Counted from the stretch's first letter, positions 20,184 through 30,256 are shown. The stretch: 64,000 bases of DNA from Gemmatimonadales bacterium (GCA_038321865.1 JBBQFH010000011.1:17651-81650); one strand, 5' to 3'. The notes: generated by a model not told the origin, from the sequence alone. Numbers and translations: made by a program.

Positions 20184-20936
20184 TCAGCTGCCGCGGCGGC
20201 GGCTGGCGGTGCCCCACACGCCGAAGCGCGGGCGCGAGCCGTTTTCGGTCAGCATCGCGGTCGGGACCTCGATCACGATGGCGAGATCGTTGATGCCCCT
20301 GAGGAAGTCGACCGCTTCACCCGGCGCGCGAAACGACGTGGCCGTCGGCGTCGAGGGAATCAGCGACAGCGGTCCGGTCTCGGGCTTGCGGTCCGGGATG
20401 ATGCGGAAGAACTGCTCGAGGTCGATGAAGAACGGATCGTCGCGCGGGCCGGCGAACAGCTGGACGCCGGTGGCCGAACCGAGGACCTGGCGGGTGGGGC
20501 CGGCGAGCTCGCGCTTGCCGTTGATGAGCGTGTTGCTGGTGCCGGTCTCCCGCGGGACGGAAGGCCCCTGCAGGCTCACGCGCTGATTCTTGGCGTTTCC
20601 GGTGAAGGTGACCTGGAACACCAGATCCTCCACCGCGTCCCCCGTATTGTCGATCTTGAGCTGGTAGAGCACTTCGTGCTTGTCGCCGAATGCCCGGGTC
20701 GGCGTCTGCGCCGGCGTCACCGGCGACTCGGTGCCCAGCACCAGGACGGTACGGCCCGGCGTGGCGGCGGGAAAGGCATAGACATCGTTCACGTCGAACT
20801 GCGGATTGAGCTCGACGAGCGGCGTGTCCTGGTGGTCGGACGCCATGACGGTCCCGACCGCGACGATGGTCGCCGCGAGCCCGAAGGCCGCCAGCGTGGG
20901 CACGAGTCGCGCGCGCCCCAAACTCCAATGGTTCAT
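20184..20936 (-). CDS. DUF4331-like secreted protein (N-terminal half of the family)
   Basis: Signal peptide then ASDHQDTP...DVNDVYAF, FAGPRDDPFFIDL and AIVIEVP. Confidence 0.8.
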   Translation of the reverse strand: MNHWSLGRARLVPTLAAFGLAATIVAVGTVMASDHQDTPLVELNPQFDVNDVYAFPAATPGRTVLVLGTESPVTPAQTPTRAFGDKHEVLYQLKIDNTGDAVEDLVFQVTFTGNAKNQRVSLQGPSVPRETGTSNTLINGKRELAGPTRQVLGSATGVQLFAGPRDDPFFIDLEQFFRIIPDRKPETGPLSLIPSTPTATSFRAPGEAVDFLRGINDLAIVIEVPTAMLTENGSRPRFGVWGTASRRRGS

Positions 20937-21002
20937 AACTGTCCCCCGGCGATGAAGAATCCATGCCGCGGCGGGAGCCGCGGCCTGGGTGGTGCCGAGG
21001 GT

Positions 21003-21030
21003 ATTACGCGGGAGATGCCGGGTCGGATTG
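21003..21030 (-). promoter_or_regulatory. Putative ECF (SigK/RpoT-type) promoter CAATCC-N16-CGTAAT
   Basis: Read on the minus strand, upstream of the DUF4331 operon; fits the ATCC-N16-CGTA type consensus as recalled. Confidence 0.55.
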
Positions 21031-21040
21031 GACCCGGGAT

Positions 21041-21652
21041 TCAGGAGCCGGCGGGCACCAGGTGGAAGTCGTACTCCAGGTGGATGCTGTCGGCCACGCT
21101 GAGCACGATGGGCACGCGCGGCTGGGTCAGCCCGAAATCGGCGAAGGTGAACCCGGTGAGGGCGGTGCCGGTCACCTCGCTGCCCCTGAAGGTGGCGGTG
21201 ACGTGCCAGCTCGTCGGATGGGTGGTGCCGTGCACCGTGAGATCGCCGACCATGTCGAAGGTCCGGGACCCGCTGGTCGGGAGGGGCCAGGGGAGCCCGG
21301 TGATCGCCGTGGGCGCGAGCGTCACGGTGGGATACTGTGCCGACTCGAAGACGCGACCCTGGATGTAGCGGTCGCGGCGTTCCCGGTCGCTGGTCAACCC
21401 GGTGATGTCCACCACGAGCTTCGATTCGGCGGGGACCAGCTTGCCCCCGGCGTCGAGCGTGATGCCGCCGGTGACCGCGGCCGTCTTGCCGACGGCATCG
21501 TTGGGGAGGTCGAAGCCGGCCAGCTGCTCTCGTACCCGGTACCTGGCCTCGTTGCCGCTCGGTGCGACCACGAGGTGAATCCCGGCCGTGCGGCCCACCG
21601 CGACGAAGATGAGCGGCGCAACCAGGCCGAGCATGACGGTCCTCACGTACAT
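21041..21652 (-). CDS. YceI-family periplasmic lipid/polyisoprenoid-binding protein
   Basis: ARYRVREQL, LTSDRERRD, GDLTVHGTT, FADFGL; AGGAGG before ATG 21652. Confidence 0.88.
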   Translation of the reverse strand: MYVRTVMLGLVAPLIFVAVGRTAGIHLVVAPSGNEARYRVREQLAGFDLPNDAVGKTAAVTGGITLDAGGKLVPAESKLVVDITGLTSDRERRDRYIQGRVFESAQYPTVTLAPTAITGLPWPLPTSGSRTFDMVGDLTVHGTTHPTSWHVTATFRGSEVTGTALTGFTFADFGLTQPRVPIVLSVADSIHLEYDFHLVPAGS

Positions 21653-21701
21653 CGATCCTCCTGAGCTGTGGGCACTGGGACGAAGGCTCTGCACGCGAAC
21701 C

Positions 21702-21728
21702 TTACGCCGGGACGGCGGAATTCGTTGC
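21702..21728 (-). promoter_or_regulatory. Possible ECF promoter GCAAC-N17-CGTAA upstream of yceI
   Basis: AAC/CGT ECF-type boxes seen about 50 nt upstream of the start codon. Confidence 0.35.
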
Positions 21729-21798
21729 GCGGCCTTGCCACCGGCCCCGTTCGCAGGGAGACTGCAGCAAGCATCGGACGAATCCCAACGGAGCACGC

Positions 21799-24700
21799 AT
21801 GCACCTTTCGACCGCCTGGGCCGCCGCCGTCTCCCTCGCCGTGGCACCCGCGCTGGCCGCGCAGCAACCGGCGGCGCCAGCGATCACCTACGGCGTCGGA
21901 AGCTGGAATGCCGACTCCCTGGGGAATCAGCGCGCGGTGGTCCGGGTGGCGGCACCGGCACCCGCCGTTCGCGCGGACATTCCGTGGCGCCGCCGGGATC
22001 TGCATCCGGAGCTCAAGCGCGTCATCGTCCAGAACGCGGCGGGCCGGCGGGTCGCCAATGCGGTACCCGTCAGTGTCACGCGGGAAGCGGGCGAGATCGT
22101 CTTCGAGCCCTCGGACGGCGCCGGGACCTACTTCATCTATTTCATTCCCTATCAGGGCAGCGTCCGCTCCAACTACCCGAAGATCACCTACCAGCGCGCG
22201 GACTCGACCGCCGACCCCGGTTGGCTCGTCCGTGCCGGGCTCGGAGGGGCGGGCCGTGCCGCGGCGGCGAGCCGCATGCCGGCGGCCGAGGTCGTGTCGA
22301 TTCAGGCCGCCGATTCGGTGGACCGGATGGACCCGATGGAGGTCATCGCGACGGCAGCGGAAACGGACGACCTCCGCAAGCGCGCCGGCGGCCGAGCCTT
22401 CGTCCTCTTTCCCGAGGATCGCGCGCATCCGATCCGGATGACCGATGATCTCCCCGCCCGCTGGATCACCGCGGGGCCCGGCGGCACGGCCGGCGGCCAG
22501 GCGGAGCGAGGCGAATTTCTCTCGTTCCAGATAGGCGTCTGGGCTCAGACCGCGCTCGACAGCGTGTCGGTCCGGTTCACCAACCTCCATCGGGTCGGGG
22601 GAGCTGATCTGATTCCGGCCGCGGCGTTCAGCTCGTTCATGACCCGCGGGGTGGACTGGCAGGGGCGCGCGTTCGAGCGGCGGCTCGCCGTCGCGGCGGG
22701 GAAGGTGCAGTCGCTCTGGCTCGGCGTGATGGTGCCGGAGGCGGCGGCGCCGGGCGACTATCAGGGAACGGTGACGATCGGCGCGGCCGGAGCGCCTGCG
22801 GCGACGCTGCCGGTCCGGGTGACCGTTCTGCCCGCCCTCGCGGTCAACCACGGAGACGACGAGCCGACCCGGCTCTCCCGGCTCCGCTGGCTCGATTCCC
22901 GGTTCCGGCTCGATACGACGCTGGTACCGCCCTACACCCCGGTGCGCATCCGGGGCCATACGCTCACGGTGCTCGGCCGGCAGATCAGCCTCGCGCCCAC
23001 CGGCCTGCCGGCGCAGGTGATCAGCTTCTTCAGCGCCGAGCTGACCGGGCTGACCACCCGCGGTCGGGCGATGCTGGCGGCGCCCGTGGCGTTCGTCGCC
23101 GAGGATTCCGCTGGCGGGACGCTGGCCTGGAGTGGGGATGGTGTGCGGGTCACGCGGTCGCTGCCGGGCGCGGCGCTCTGGGATGCGGCCAGCCGCGCGG
23201 GCCCGCTCAGGATGCGCACGCGGGCGCAGCTCGACTTCGACGGCAACATCGAATACACGATCGCGCTGACCGCCACGGCGCCCATCACGCTTCGCGACCT
23301 CAGGCTGGAGATCCCGTTCCGGCGCGACGTTGCCCGGTATTTCATGGGCCTCAACCGGAAGGGCGGCACGGCGCCGGCCAGTTACGACTGGACCTGGGAC
23401 GTCAGGCGCAACCAGGACGCGGCGTGGATCGGTGACGTCAACGCCGGCCTGCAGTTCACGCTCAAGGACCAGCAGTACATCCGGCCGCTCAATACCAATT
23501 TCTACCAGCTGCGGCCGCTGGTGATGCCGCTGTCGTGGCAGAACGGCGGCAGGGGCGGCTGCCGGTTCCGGACCGAAGCGGACGTCTACCGCGCCGCCTG
23601 TTACAGCGGCGCGCGCACGATCGGGCCGGGGGACACGCTCTACTACAATCTCCGCCTCCTCATCACGCCGTTTCATCCGGTGGACACGCGCACGCACTTC
23701 TCGTCGCGATATTACCACCGCTACGCGCCGGTGGACTCGATTGCCGCCGTGGGCGCCAACGTGGTAAACGTGCACCACGCGACCGCCATCAATCCCTACA
23801 TCAACTATCCCTTTCTCCGGCCGCTGCAGATGAAGGCCTATGCCGACTCGGTGCACGCGGCCGGCATGCGGTTCAAGATCTACTACACGGTGCGGGAGCT
23901 GACCTACCGCGCCCCCGAGTTCTGGGCGCTGCGGAGCCTGGGCGACGAGGTGCTGGCGCCCGGCCCCGGCGCGGGCCACTCCTGGCTGCAGGAGCACGTC
24001 GGGTCCGGCTACATCCCGGGCTGGGTGGTGCCGGAGCTGCACGACATCGCGCTCGTCACCAGCGGGATCTCCCGCTGGCACAACTTCTATGTCGAAGGAC
24101 TTCAGTGGCTGGTGGATCACGCCGGTATCGACGGCCTCTACCTCGACGATGTCGCGTTCGACCGCACCACCATGCAGCGGGTCCGCCGGGTCCTGACGTC
24201 ACACGGCGGCCCGGGTGAGCGGATCGACCTCCACTCGGCGAACCAGTTCAACCCGAACGACGGGTTTGCCAGCAGCGCGAACCTCTATCTCGAGCATTTT
24301 CCGTACATCGACCGTCTCTGGTTCGGCGAGTACTTCGACTACGACAAGTCGCCGCCGGACTACTGGCTGGTCGAGATGTCGGGGCTGCCCTTCGGGCTGA
24401 TGAGCGAAATGCTCGAGGGGGGCGGCAACCCCTGGCGCGGCATGGTGTTCGGGATGACCAACCGGCTGCCCTGGACCGGCGGAGACCCGCGAAAACTGTG
24501 GGCGGAATGGGACCGGTTCGGGATCGCCGACAGCCGCATGATCGGCTGGTGGTCGCCGCACGCGCCGGTGACGACGGGCCGGGCCGACGTGCTCGCCACG
24601 ACGTATCTGCGATCCGGCCGTGCCCTGGTGGCGGTGGCAAGCTGGGCCGCCGACACCGTGGCCGTGCCGCTGTCGATCGACTGGAAGGCGCTGGGGATCG

Positions 24701-24828
24701 ACCGCGCCCACGCCACGCTTCGTGCCCCCGCGATCGAAGGGTTCCAGCCGGCGGCGACGTTCACGCCGGATGAGCTGCTGCGCGTCGCTCCGGGGCGAGG
24801 CCTGCTGATTGAAGTCGGGGGCCACTGA
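21799..24828 (+). CDS. Large secreted putative glycoside hydrolase (DUF6067/GH123-like)
   Basis: Signal peptide, 1009 aa; NPYINYPF, KIYYTVREL, GIDGLYLDDVAF and IDLHSAN motifs suggest a TIM-barrel GH. Confidence 0.72.
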   Translation: MHLSTAWAAAVSLAVAPALAAQQPAAPAITYGVGSWNADSLGNQRAVVRVAAPAPAVRADIPWRRRDLHPELKRVIVQNAAGRRVANAVPVSVTREAGEIVFEPSDGAGTYFIYFIPYQGSVRSNYPKITYQRADSTADPGWLVRAGLGGAGRAAAASRMPAAEVVSIQAADSVDRMDPMEVIATAAETDDLRKRAGGRAFVLFPEDRAHPIRMTDDLPARWITAGPGGTAGGQAERGEFLSFQIGVWAQTALDSVSVRFTNLHRVGGADLIPAAAFSSFMTRGVDWQGRAFERRLAVAAGKVQSLWLGVMVPEAAAPGDYQGTVTIGAAGAPAATLPVRVTVLPALAVNHGDDEPTRLSRLRWLDSRFRLDTTLVPPYTPVRIRGHTLTVLGRQISLAPTGLPAQVISFFSAELTGLTTRGRAMLAAPVAFVAEDSAGGTLAWSGDGVRVTRSLPGAALWDAASRAGPLRMRTRAQLDFDGNIEYTIALTATAPITLRDLRLEIPFRRDVARYFMGLNRKGGTAPASYDWTWDVRRNQDAAWIGDVNAGLQFTLKDQQYIRPLNTNFYQLRPLVMPLSWQNGGRGGCRFRTEADVYRAACYSGARTIGPGDTLYYNLRLLITPFHPVDTRTHFSSRYYHRYAPVDSIAAVGANVVNVHHATAINPYINYPFLRPLQMKAYADSVHAAGMRFKIYYTVRELTYRAPEFWALRSLGDEVLAPGPGAGHSWLQEHVGSGYIPGWVVPELHDIALVTSGISRWHNFYVEGLQWLVDHAGIDGLYLDDVAFDRTTMQRVRRVLTSHGGPGERIDLHSANQFNPNDGFASSANLYLEHFPYIDRLWFGEYFDYDKSPPDYWLVEMSGLPFGLMSEMLEGGGNPWRGMVFGMTNRLPWTGGDPRKLWAEWDRFGIADSRMIGWWSPHAPVTTGRADVLATTYLRSGRALVAVASWAADTVAVPLSIDWKALGIDRAHATLRAPAIEGFQPAATFTPDELLRVAPGRGLLIEVGGH

Positions 24829-24886
24829 TGCGACCTTCCCGCACGAAGGTGATGCGCATGCTCCCCCGCGAGGTACTCCGCTCCAG

Positions 24887-26818
24887 ATGACTCCTGCACC
24901 GCCGATCTCGGACGACCACATCCGCAGTGCCTTCGTGCACTCGAGCATCGGGATCGCCCTGGTCGGAACCGACGGGCGTTTCCTCCAGGTCAACCCCGCG
25001 CTCTGCGAGCTGCTCGGCTACGCCGCCGCGGAACTGGTCCAGCTGACCTTCCAGGACATCACCCACCCGGACGATCTCGTGGCCGATCTCAACCAGGTGC
25101 GGCGGCTCCTGTCCGGCGCGATCGGGCACTACCGGATGGAGAAACGGTACTTCCGTCGCGACGGGCAGGTGGTCACGGTGCTGCTCAGCGTCTCGCTGGT
25201 CCATGGCCCCGACGGCGCACCGCTGCATTTCATCTCGCAGGTACAGGATTTTTCCGAGATGAAGCGTGCCCAGGAGACGATCCGGTCGGCGGAGCAGCGC
25301 TTTCGCGCGATCTTCAACAACACCTTCCAGCTCATTGGACTGCTCCGGCCGGACGGGACGCTGCTCGAAGCGAATGAGACGGCGCTCCGGCTCGGCGGTT
25401 TTTCGCAGGAGGACGCGGTTGGCCGCGCGCTCTGGGATGTGCCCTGGTGGACCGGAGACCTCGAGGCTCAGGCCAGGATCCGCGCCGCGGTCGCCCGCGC
25501 CGCCGCGGGGGAATTCGTCCGGTATGAGACGACGCTCCGGGATGCCGACGGCGAGCTCCGCACCCTGGATTTTTCGCTGAAGCCGGTGTTCGACGACACC
25601 GGCGTCGTCGTCATGCTGATTCCCGAGGGCCGCGACATCAGCGACCGGGTGGCCCTGGAGGCGCAGCTCCGGCAGGCGCAGAAGATGGAAGCCGTCGGCC
25701 GGCTCGCCGGCGGGATTGCGCACGACTTCAACAACCTGCTGTCGGTCATCACCACCGAGGCGAGCCTGATGTTCAGCGATGCATCGCTGACCGACTCGCT
25801 CCGCGCGGGTGCCGAGGAGATCGTGGCGTCGGCCCAGCGCGGGGCGGAGCTCACCCGTCAGCTGCTGGCGCTTGGCCGGCGTCAGCTGCTCCAGCCGCGC
25901 TTCGTCGAAATGGACGCGCTGGTCAGCGGGATCACGACGATGCTGCGGCGGCTCCTGGGCGAGGATGTCCTGCTCTCGCTGGACGCCGCCGCGAATCCCG
26001 GCCGCATCCGGGTGGATCCGGGCCAGCTCGAGCAGGCGATCCTCAACCTCGCGATCAATGCCCGCGACGCCATGCCCGCGGGCGGCGAAATCCGGATCGA
26101 GACCGGATCGGTGCTGGGTCATGAGGGGAGCGACGGACAGTTCCATGGGGTGCCGGGCCAGCCGTACGTCGTGGTCCGGGTGCGCGATACCGGCAGCGGG
26201 ATCCCCTCCGACGCTCTCCCGCAGATCTTCGATCCGTTCTTTACGACGAAGGAGCCGGGGAAGGGAACCGGGCTGGGCCTTTCGATGGTCTATGGCTTCG
26301 TGAGCCAGTCATCCGGCTTCATCGAAGTCGATACCGAAGTTGGACGCGGCACGAGCGTCTCGCTGCTGTTTCCGGAACGGGAGGTCGCCGCCGGCGATTC
26401 CGTGCTGGCACTGGCCGGTGACGTGCCGGCCCCGCACGGCACCGAGACCATACTCCTGGTGGAAGACGAGGAACCGGTGCGGCGGGCCACCCGCCGCCTG
26501 CTCGAGCGCCACGGCTACACCGTGCTCGAGGCCGGGTCGGCCGAAGCGGCGCTCGAAATCTGGGAGCGATCGGCCGACGGCATCGCACTCCTCCTGACCG
26601 ACTGGATCATGCCGGGGATGCATGGCCCCGCCCTTGCCGCACGGCTGCGGGCGGAGCGGCCCGCGCTGCGCACCGCGCTGATATCCGGGTACACCGGCGA
26701 GCACGGCGACCGGCGGTTCGAGCTCGCGTCGGACATGCTGTTCATCCAGAAGCCGTTCCTCGCCGGAAGCTTTCTGAATCTGATCCGGCGCGAGCTGGAC
26801 CAGCGCCCGGGTAATTGA
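24887..26818 (+). CDS. Cytoplasmic hybrid sensor kinase (PAS-PAS-HisKA-HATPase-REC)
   Basis: [46 protein letters not shown]...TDWIMP...KPF. Confidence 0.92.
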   Translation: MTPAPPISDDHIRSAFVHSSIGIALVGTDGRFLQVNPALCELLGYAAAELVQLTFQDITHPDDLVADLNQVRRLLSGAIGHYRMEKRYFRRDGQVVTVLLSVSLVHGPDGAPLHFISQVQDFSEMKRAQETIRSAEQRFRAIFNNTFQLIGLLRPDGTLLEANETALRLGGFSQEDAVGRALWDVPWWTGDLEAQARIRAAVARAAAGEFVRYETTLRDADGELRTLDFSLKPVFDDTGVVVMLIPEGRDISDRVALEAQLRQAQKMEAVGRLAGGIAHDFNNLLSVITTEASLMFSDASLTDSLRAGAEEIVASAQRGAELTRQLLALGRRQLLQPRFVEMDALVSGITTMLRRLLGEDVLLSLDAAANPGRIRVDPGQLEQAILNLAINARDAMPAGGEIRIETGSVLGHEGSDGQFHGVPGQPYVVVRVRDTGSGIPSDALPQIFDPFFTTKEPGKGTGLGLSMVYGFVSQSSGFIEVDTEVGRGTSVSLLFPEREVAAGDSVLALAGDVPAPHGTETILLVEDEEPVRRATRRLLERHGYTVLEAGSAEAALEIWERSADGIALLLTDWIMPGMHGPALAARLRAERPALRTALISGYTGEHGDRRFELASDMLFIQKPFLAGSFLNLIRRELDQRPGN

Positions 26819-26879
26819 CAGACGAGCCGTTTCGCGCCAATCTGATGCCGACCCACACCCATACCCTTCGGGAGGCACC

Positions 26880-27749
26880 ATGTACCGGCACGTCATTCCG
26901 TCCCTGCTTGCGCTGACGGTCCTCGGCGCGACTGGATGTAGCACGAAGGAGCCGGCAGTCGCTCGGCCCGATTCCGCCGCGGTCGCGGCCCCGGCGGTTG
27001 CGGTCGGCCCCAACGTCGTCACCGTCCACGCGAGCGATTTCAAGTTCGACGCGCCGGACACGATCCCGGCGGGCATGACGACGTTCCGGCTGATGAACGA
27101 CGGGCCCGGTCTGCACCACATGCAGATCGTCCGGCTCGACAGCGCCAGGACCTTCGCCGAGTTCCAGCAGGCGCTGGGCAAGCAGGGCCCGCCGCCGAAG
27201 TGGGTGGTCATGGTCGGCGGCCCCAACGCGCCCGAGCCCAGGACCGAGTCCAACGCGACGCTCGACATGCCGGCCGGCAACTACGTGATGCTCTGCTTCG
27301 TCGACATTCCGGGTGGCGTGCCCCACTTCGCGAAAGGGATGGTGAAGCCGATCACGGTAACCCCGTCCAGCGCACCGGCCGTTGCCGCGCCCACGCCGGA
27401 CGTCACCATGACGCTCGCCGACTACAGCTTCACCTTGTCGAAGCCGCTCGCCGCCGGGAAACAGTGGATCGAGGTGAAGAACGCCGGCCCGCAGGCTCAC
27501 GAAGTCGAGCTGATCAGGCTCGCGCCGGGCAAGACGTCGAAGGACATGCTGGCGTGGATGCAGAAAATGGATGGACCACCGCCGGGATCGGCGGTCGGCG
27601 GCGTCGCCGGCACCGTGCCGGGGTCGTCACTCTATTTCTCCGCCGACATCACGGCGGGCGACTATCTCCTGGTGTGCTTCGTCCGCGACATGAAGGATGG
27701 CAAGCCACATTTCATGAAGGGGATGATCCAACAGCTCACGGTCAGCTGA
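26880..27749 (+). CDS. Lipoprotein with two tandem cupredoxin-like domains
   Basis: Lipobox ATGC; two repeats of N.G...H...Y...CFV...PHF.KGM; GGAGG RBS. Confidence 0.75.
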   Translation: MYRHVIPSLLALTVLGATGCSTKEPAVARPDSAAVAAPAVAVGPNVVTVHASDFKFDAPDTIPAGMTTFRLMNDGPGLHHMQIVRLDSARTFAEFQQALGKQGPPPKWVVMVGGPNAPEPRTESNATLDMPAGNYVMLCFVDIPGGVPHFAKGMVKPITVTPSSAPAVAAPTPDVTMTLADYSFTLSKPLAAGKQWIEVKNAGPQAHEVELIRLAPGKTSKDMLAWMQKMDGPPPGSAVGGVAGTVPGSSLYFSADITAGDYLLVCFVRDMKDGKPHFMKGMIQQLTVS

Positions 27750-27766
27750 CCGCGCGGACCCCCGGA

Positions 27767-27794
27767 GGCGGCGTGGGCATGTGCCCACCCCGCC
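27767..27794. terminator. Intergenic GC-rich hairpin without a U-tract
   Basis: GGCGGCGTGGGC-ATGT-GCCCACCCCGCC, one mismatch. Confidence 0.4.
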
Positions 27795-27851
27795 CTGTCG
27801 CGCGTCCCCCCGGCTGATGCGCTGTCCTGCACTACCGGTCCGGAGGAACCC

Positions 27852-28844
27852 ATGCGGCGTGCGACGGTGATGCTCGGGGCATTGACGGTGCTGGCCACGG
27901 GCTGTGGTGGAGGAAGTGATACGGGGCAGGGGCCGGGACCGGGTACTCCCGTCCTGACGAAGGCGCCGAGCCAGAGCGGTGACGGCCAGGCCGGCATCGT
28001 TGGTCAGGCGCTGCCGGCCCCGATGCGCGTCGTCGTGATGCTCGACGGTGCGCCCCAGGCAGGCGCGGCGATCGCGTGGGGCGCCGGCGCCGGAAGCGTC
28101 AGCCCCGCCACCAGCGTGACCGATGCATCGGGGATCGGATCCACGGTCTGGACGCTTGGGACCGTCGCGGGGACGCAGAACGCGCATGCCGCGCTCGCCG
28201 GCGCGACCGGCTCTCCCGTGGCTTTTACAGCGACCGCCGCGCCAGACGCTGCGTCGGCGATCGCGATTTTCGGTGGCAACGGGCAGGTCGGGACCACAGG
28301 GAGCGTGCTCGCCACGCCGCTGCAGGTTCGTGCCGCGGATCAGTTCGGCAATCCCGTCGCCGGGGTGACCATCGCGTGGGCCGCCGCAAGCGGAGGCGGA
28401 TCGGTGGCGCCTGCGACCGCGGTCACCAACAGTCAGGGGATCGCCGCGGCGACACAAACGCTCCCCGCCGCGGAGGGCGCCGCGACCGTGACCGCCACCG
28501 CGGTGGGGCTGAGCGGTTCACCGCAGACCTTCAGCAACACCGCGGTGCCGCCAGGAAGCGCCAGCGGCGTACAGGTGATCAACAACCAGTTCGTCCCGGC
28601 CACGCTGACCGTATCCGCCGGGACGACCGTCATCTGGACGTGGGGAACCGGCTCGGTCGGGCACACCATCGTGCCGCAGCCGGATCCGGGGATTCCCAGC
28701 GATCCCGCGCTGCACGACGCGCCGCATACCTATTCGGTCACCTTCACGACGCCGGGCACCTACCGGTACTACTGCGTGCAGCACGGAGCCGCCGGCACGA
28801 ACGGAATCCCGACCGGCATGGCCGGCGCGATCATCGTCCAGTGA
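27852..28844 (+). CDS. Lipoprotein with Ig-like (Big_1-type) domains and a C-terminal plastocyanin/azurin-like domain
   Basis: Lipobox ATGC; SGDGQ/GGNGQ Ig repeats, DQFGNPVAGV; FVPATLTVSAGTTV, GHTI, YYCVQH...GMAGAIIVQ. Confidence 0.82.
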   Translation: MRRATVMLGALTVLATGCGGGSDTGQGPGPGTPVLTKAPSQSGDGQAGIVGQALPAPMRVVVMLDGAPQAGAAIAWGAGAGSVSPATSVTDASGIGSTVWTLGTVAGTQNAHAALAGATGSPVAFTATAAPDAASAIAIFGGNGQVGTTGSVLATPLQVRAADQFGNPVAGVTIAWAAASGGGSVAPATAVTNSQGIAAATQTLPAAEGAATVTATAVGLSGSPQTFSNTAVPPGSASGVQVINNQFVPATLTVSAGTTVIWTWGTGSVGHTIVPQPDPGIPSDPALHDAPHTYSVTFTTPGTYRYYCVQHGAAGTNGIPTGMAGAIIVQ

Positions 28845-29689
28845 GACGCGCCGCCGGGGTGGCGCTGACCGCCGGGGTGCTTTTTACCCGCGCGCTCGCC
28901 GCGCAGGCCGACTGCTTCCCGGCCACCAACTCGCATGAGGCCCGGACGCTCGCGATCATGTCCCTTCCGCTGGTGTTCAGTGCGGTTCGGGCACCCGCCG
29001 GCGTGCCTCGGCCAACGGTCACTGCGGGGCTCGAGGCGTCGTACGTGCCGGAGCCCGACGCGGTCACCCGGACGCCGACCGTCTGCCGACCCGGCAAGGG
29101 GCCGGAGGAAACCGCGCTGCTCTTCGCGGTGCCCCGGCCGAGGTTTGGGGTGGCGCTTCCCGGCGGGCTGTCGGTCGAGGCGAGCTGGATCCCGCCGATC
29201 CGGATCAATGGCGTGAAGGCAAACCTGGTCGGGTTCGCCGTCGGCGAGACGATGCACCTGGGCCGCGCATGGGTCGCGGTCCGCGCCCATGCGACGCTGG
29301 GCGTCATTCACGCGCCGGTCACCTGCAACACCGACGCGCTCGCCGATCCGGTCAGCGAATGCTTCAACGGCACCCGCTCGAACGACAGCTTCCATCCCAA
29401 CATCTTTGGCGCGGACGCCGCGATCGGCTGGCCCGTCTCCGGCGGGCAACTTCGTCCCTATGTCGGGGCGGGATACAATCTGTTGCACCCACGGTTCCAG
29501 GTGCACTTCACGAACAGTCAGGGGAGCACCGATACCCGAAAGGTCGAGGTGAATCTCCGGCGGGGCGTGCTGTTCGGCGGGCTGACCTGGGCGGCGGCCG
29601 CCGCATGGGAAGTGAGTGGGGAAGTTTACGCTGCCCCGGGTGACGCGGTGACGGCCCGCGTGGCGCTTCGAGCTGCGCTGGGGAGCTGA
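28841..29689 (+). CDS. Hypothetical exported protein, probable outer-membrane beta-barrel
   Basis: GTGA overlap with the upstream stop; signal peptide (ALAA-Q); alternating beta-strand patterns (LRPYVGAGYN, EVSGEVY); four Cys. Confidence 0.6.
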   Translation: MRRAAGVALTAGVLFTRALAAQADCFPATNSHEARTLAIMSLPLVFSAVRAPAGVPRPTVTAGLEASYVPEPDAVTRTPTVCRPGKGPEETALLFAVPRPRFGVALPGGLSVEASWIPPIRINGVKANLVGFAVGETMHLGRAWVAVRAHATLGVIHAPVTCNTDALADPVSECFNGTRSNDSFHPNIFGADAAIGWPVSGGQLRPYVGAGYNLLHPRFQVHFTNSQGSTDTRKVEVNLRRGVLFGGLTWAAAAAWEVSGEVYAAPGDAVTARVALRAALGS

Positions 29690-29692
29690 TCC

Positions 29693-30256
29693 ATGCGGAT
29701 TCACGCCTGGTGTCTGGCCATCGTGCTGGCAGGTCCGCTCTCCGGTCAGGCGACTTTGACAGCCGGGCGAGTCATGCACGGCACGCTCAGCTTCGACGGC
29801 CACTCAACGCTGGGGAATTTTGTCGGCGTGACCGACTCCGTGACCGGCGAGGTCCACGGCGGGCCGGCGCTGACCGATGTGCGCGGCTGGGTGGAGGCGC
29901 GGGTCGCATCGCTCCGCACCGGCAACGGCCACCGTGATCGCGACATGAACGCATCCATGGAATCGTCGCGGTTTCCGGCGATGCGCTTCGATCTCGCGGG
30001 GGTGACCCCGGGACCGGTGGTCGGTGACGCCCAGCAGGTGGGGCTCCGGGGCCGGCTGACCCTCCACGGCGTGACGCGCGACGCAGACCTGACCGCGACG
30101 CTTCACCGCGCGCCCGGCACGGCGCGACTCACCACCAGCTTCCAGCTCAACCTCACCGACTATCACATCGGCGGGCTCACCAAGATGCTCGGCGTCCTGC
30201 GCATGAACGAGGTCATCGTCGTGCATGTGGACGTCACCTTCGCGGCCTCGCCCTAG
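29693..30256 (+). CDS. YceI-family protein
   Basis: Signal peptide, SLRTGNGHRDRDM, GRLTLHGVTR, LTDYHI. Confidence 0.85.
   Translation: MRIHAWCLAIVLAGPLSGQATLTAGRVMHGTLSFDGHSTLGNFVGVTDSVTGEVHGGPALTDVRGWVEARVASLRTGNGHRDRDMNASMESSRFPAMRFDLAGVTPGPVVGDAQQVGLRGRLTLHGVTRDADLTATLHRAPGTARLTTSFQLNLTDYHIGGLTKMLGVLRMNEVIVVHVDVTFAASP

Noticed and set aside
20965..20984. GCCGCGGC-GGGA-GCCGCGGC hairpin in the DUF4331 leader as a riboswitch
   Set aside because: A single short GC stem with no recognisable aptamer features.
28076..28840. 537-aa ORF suggesting a larger protein
   Set aside because: The Arg-rich first half is an alternate frame of the Ig-cupredoxin gene; only 28841-29689 looks coding.
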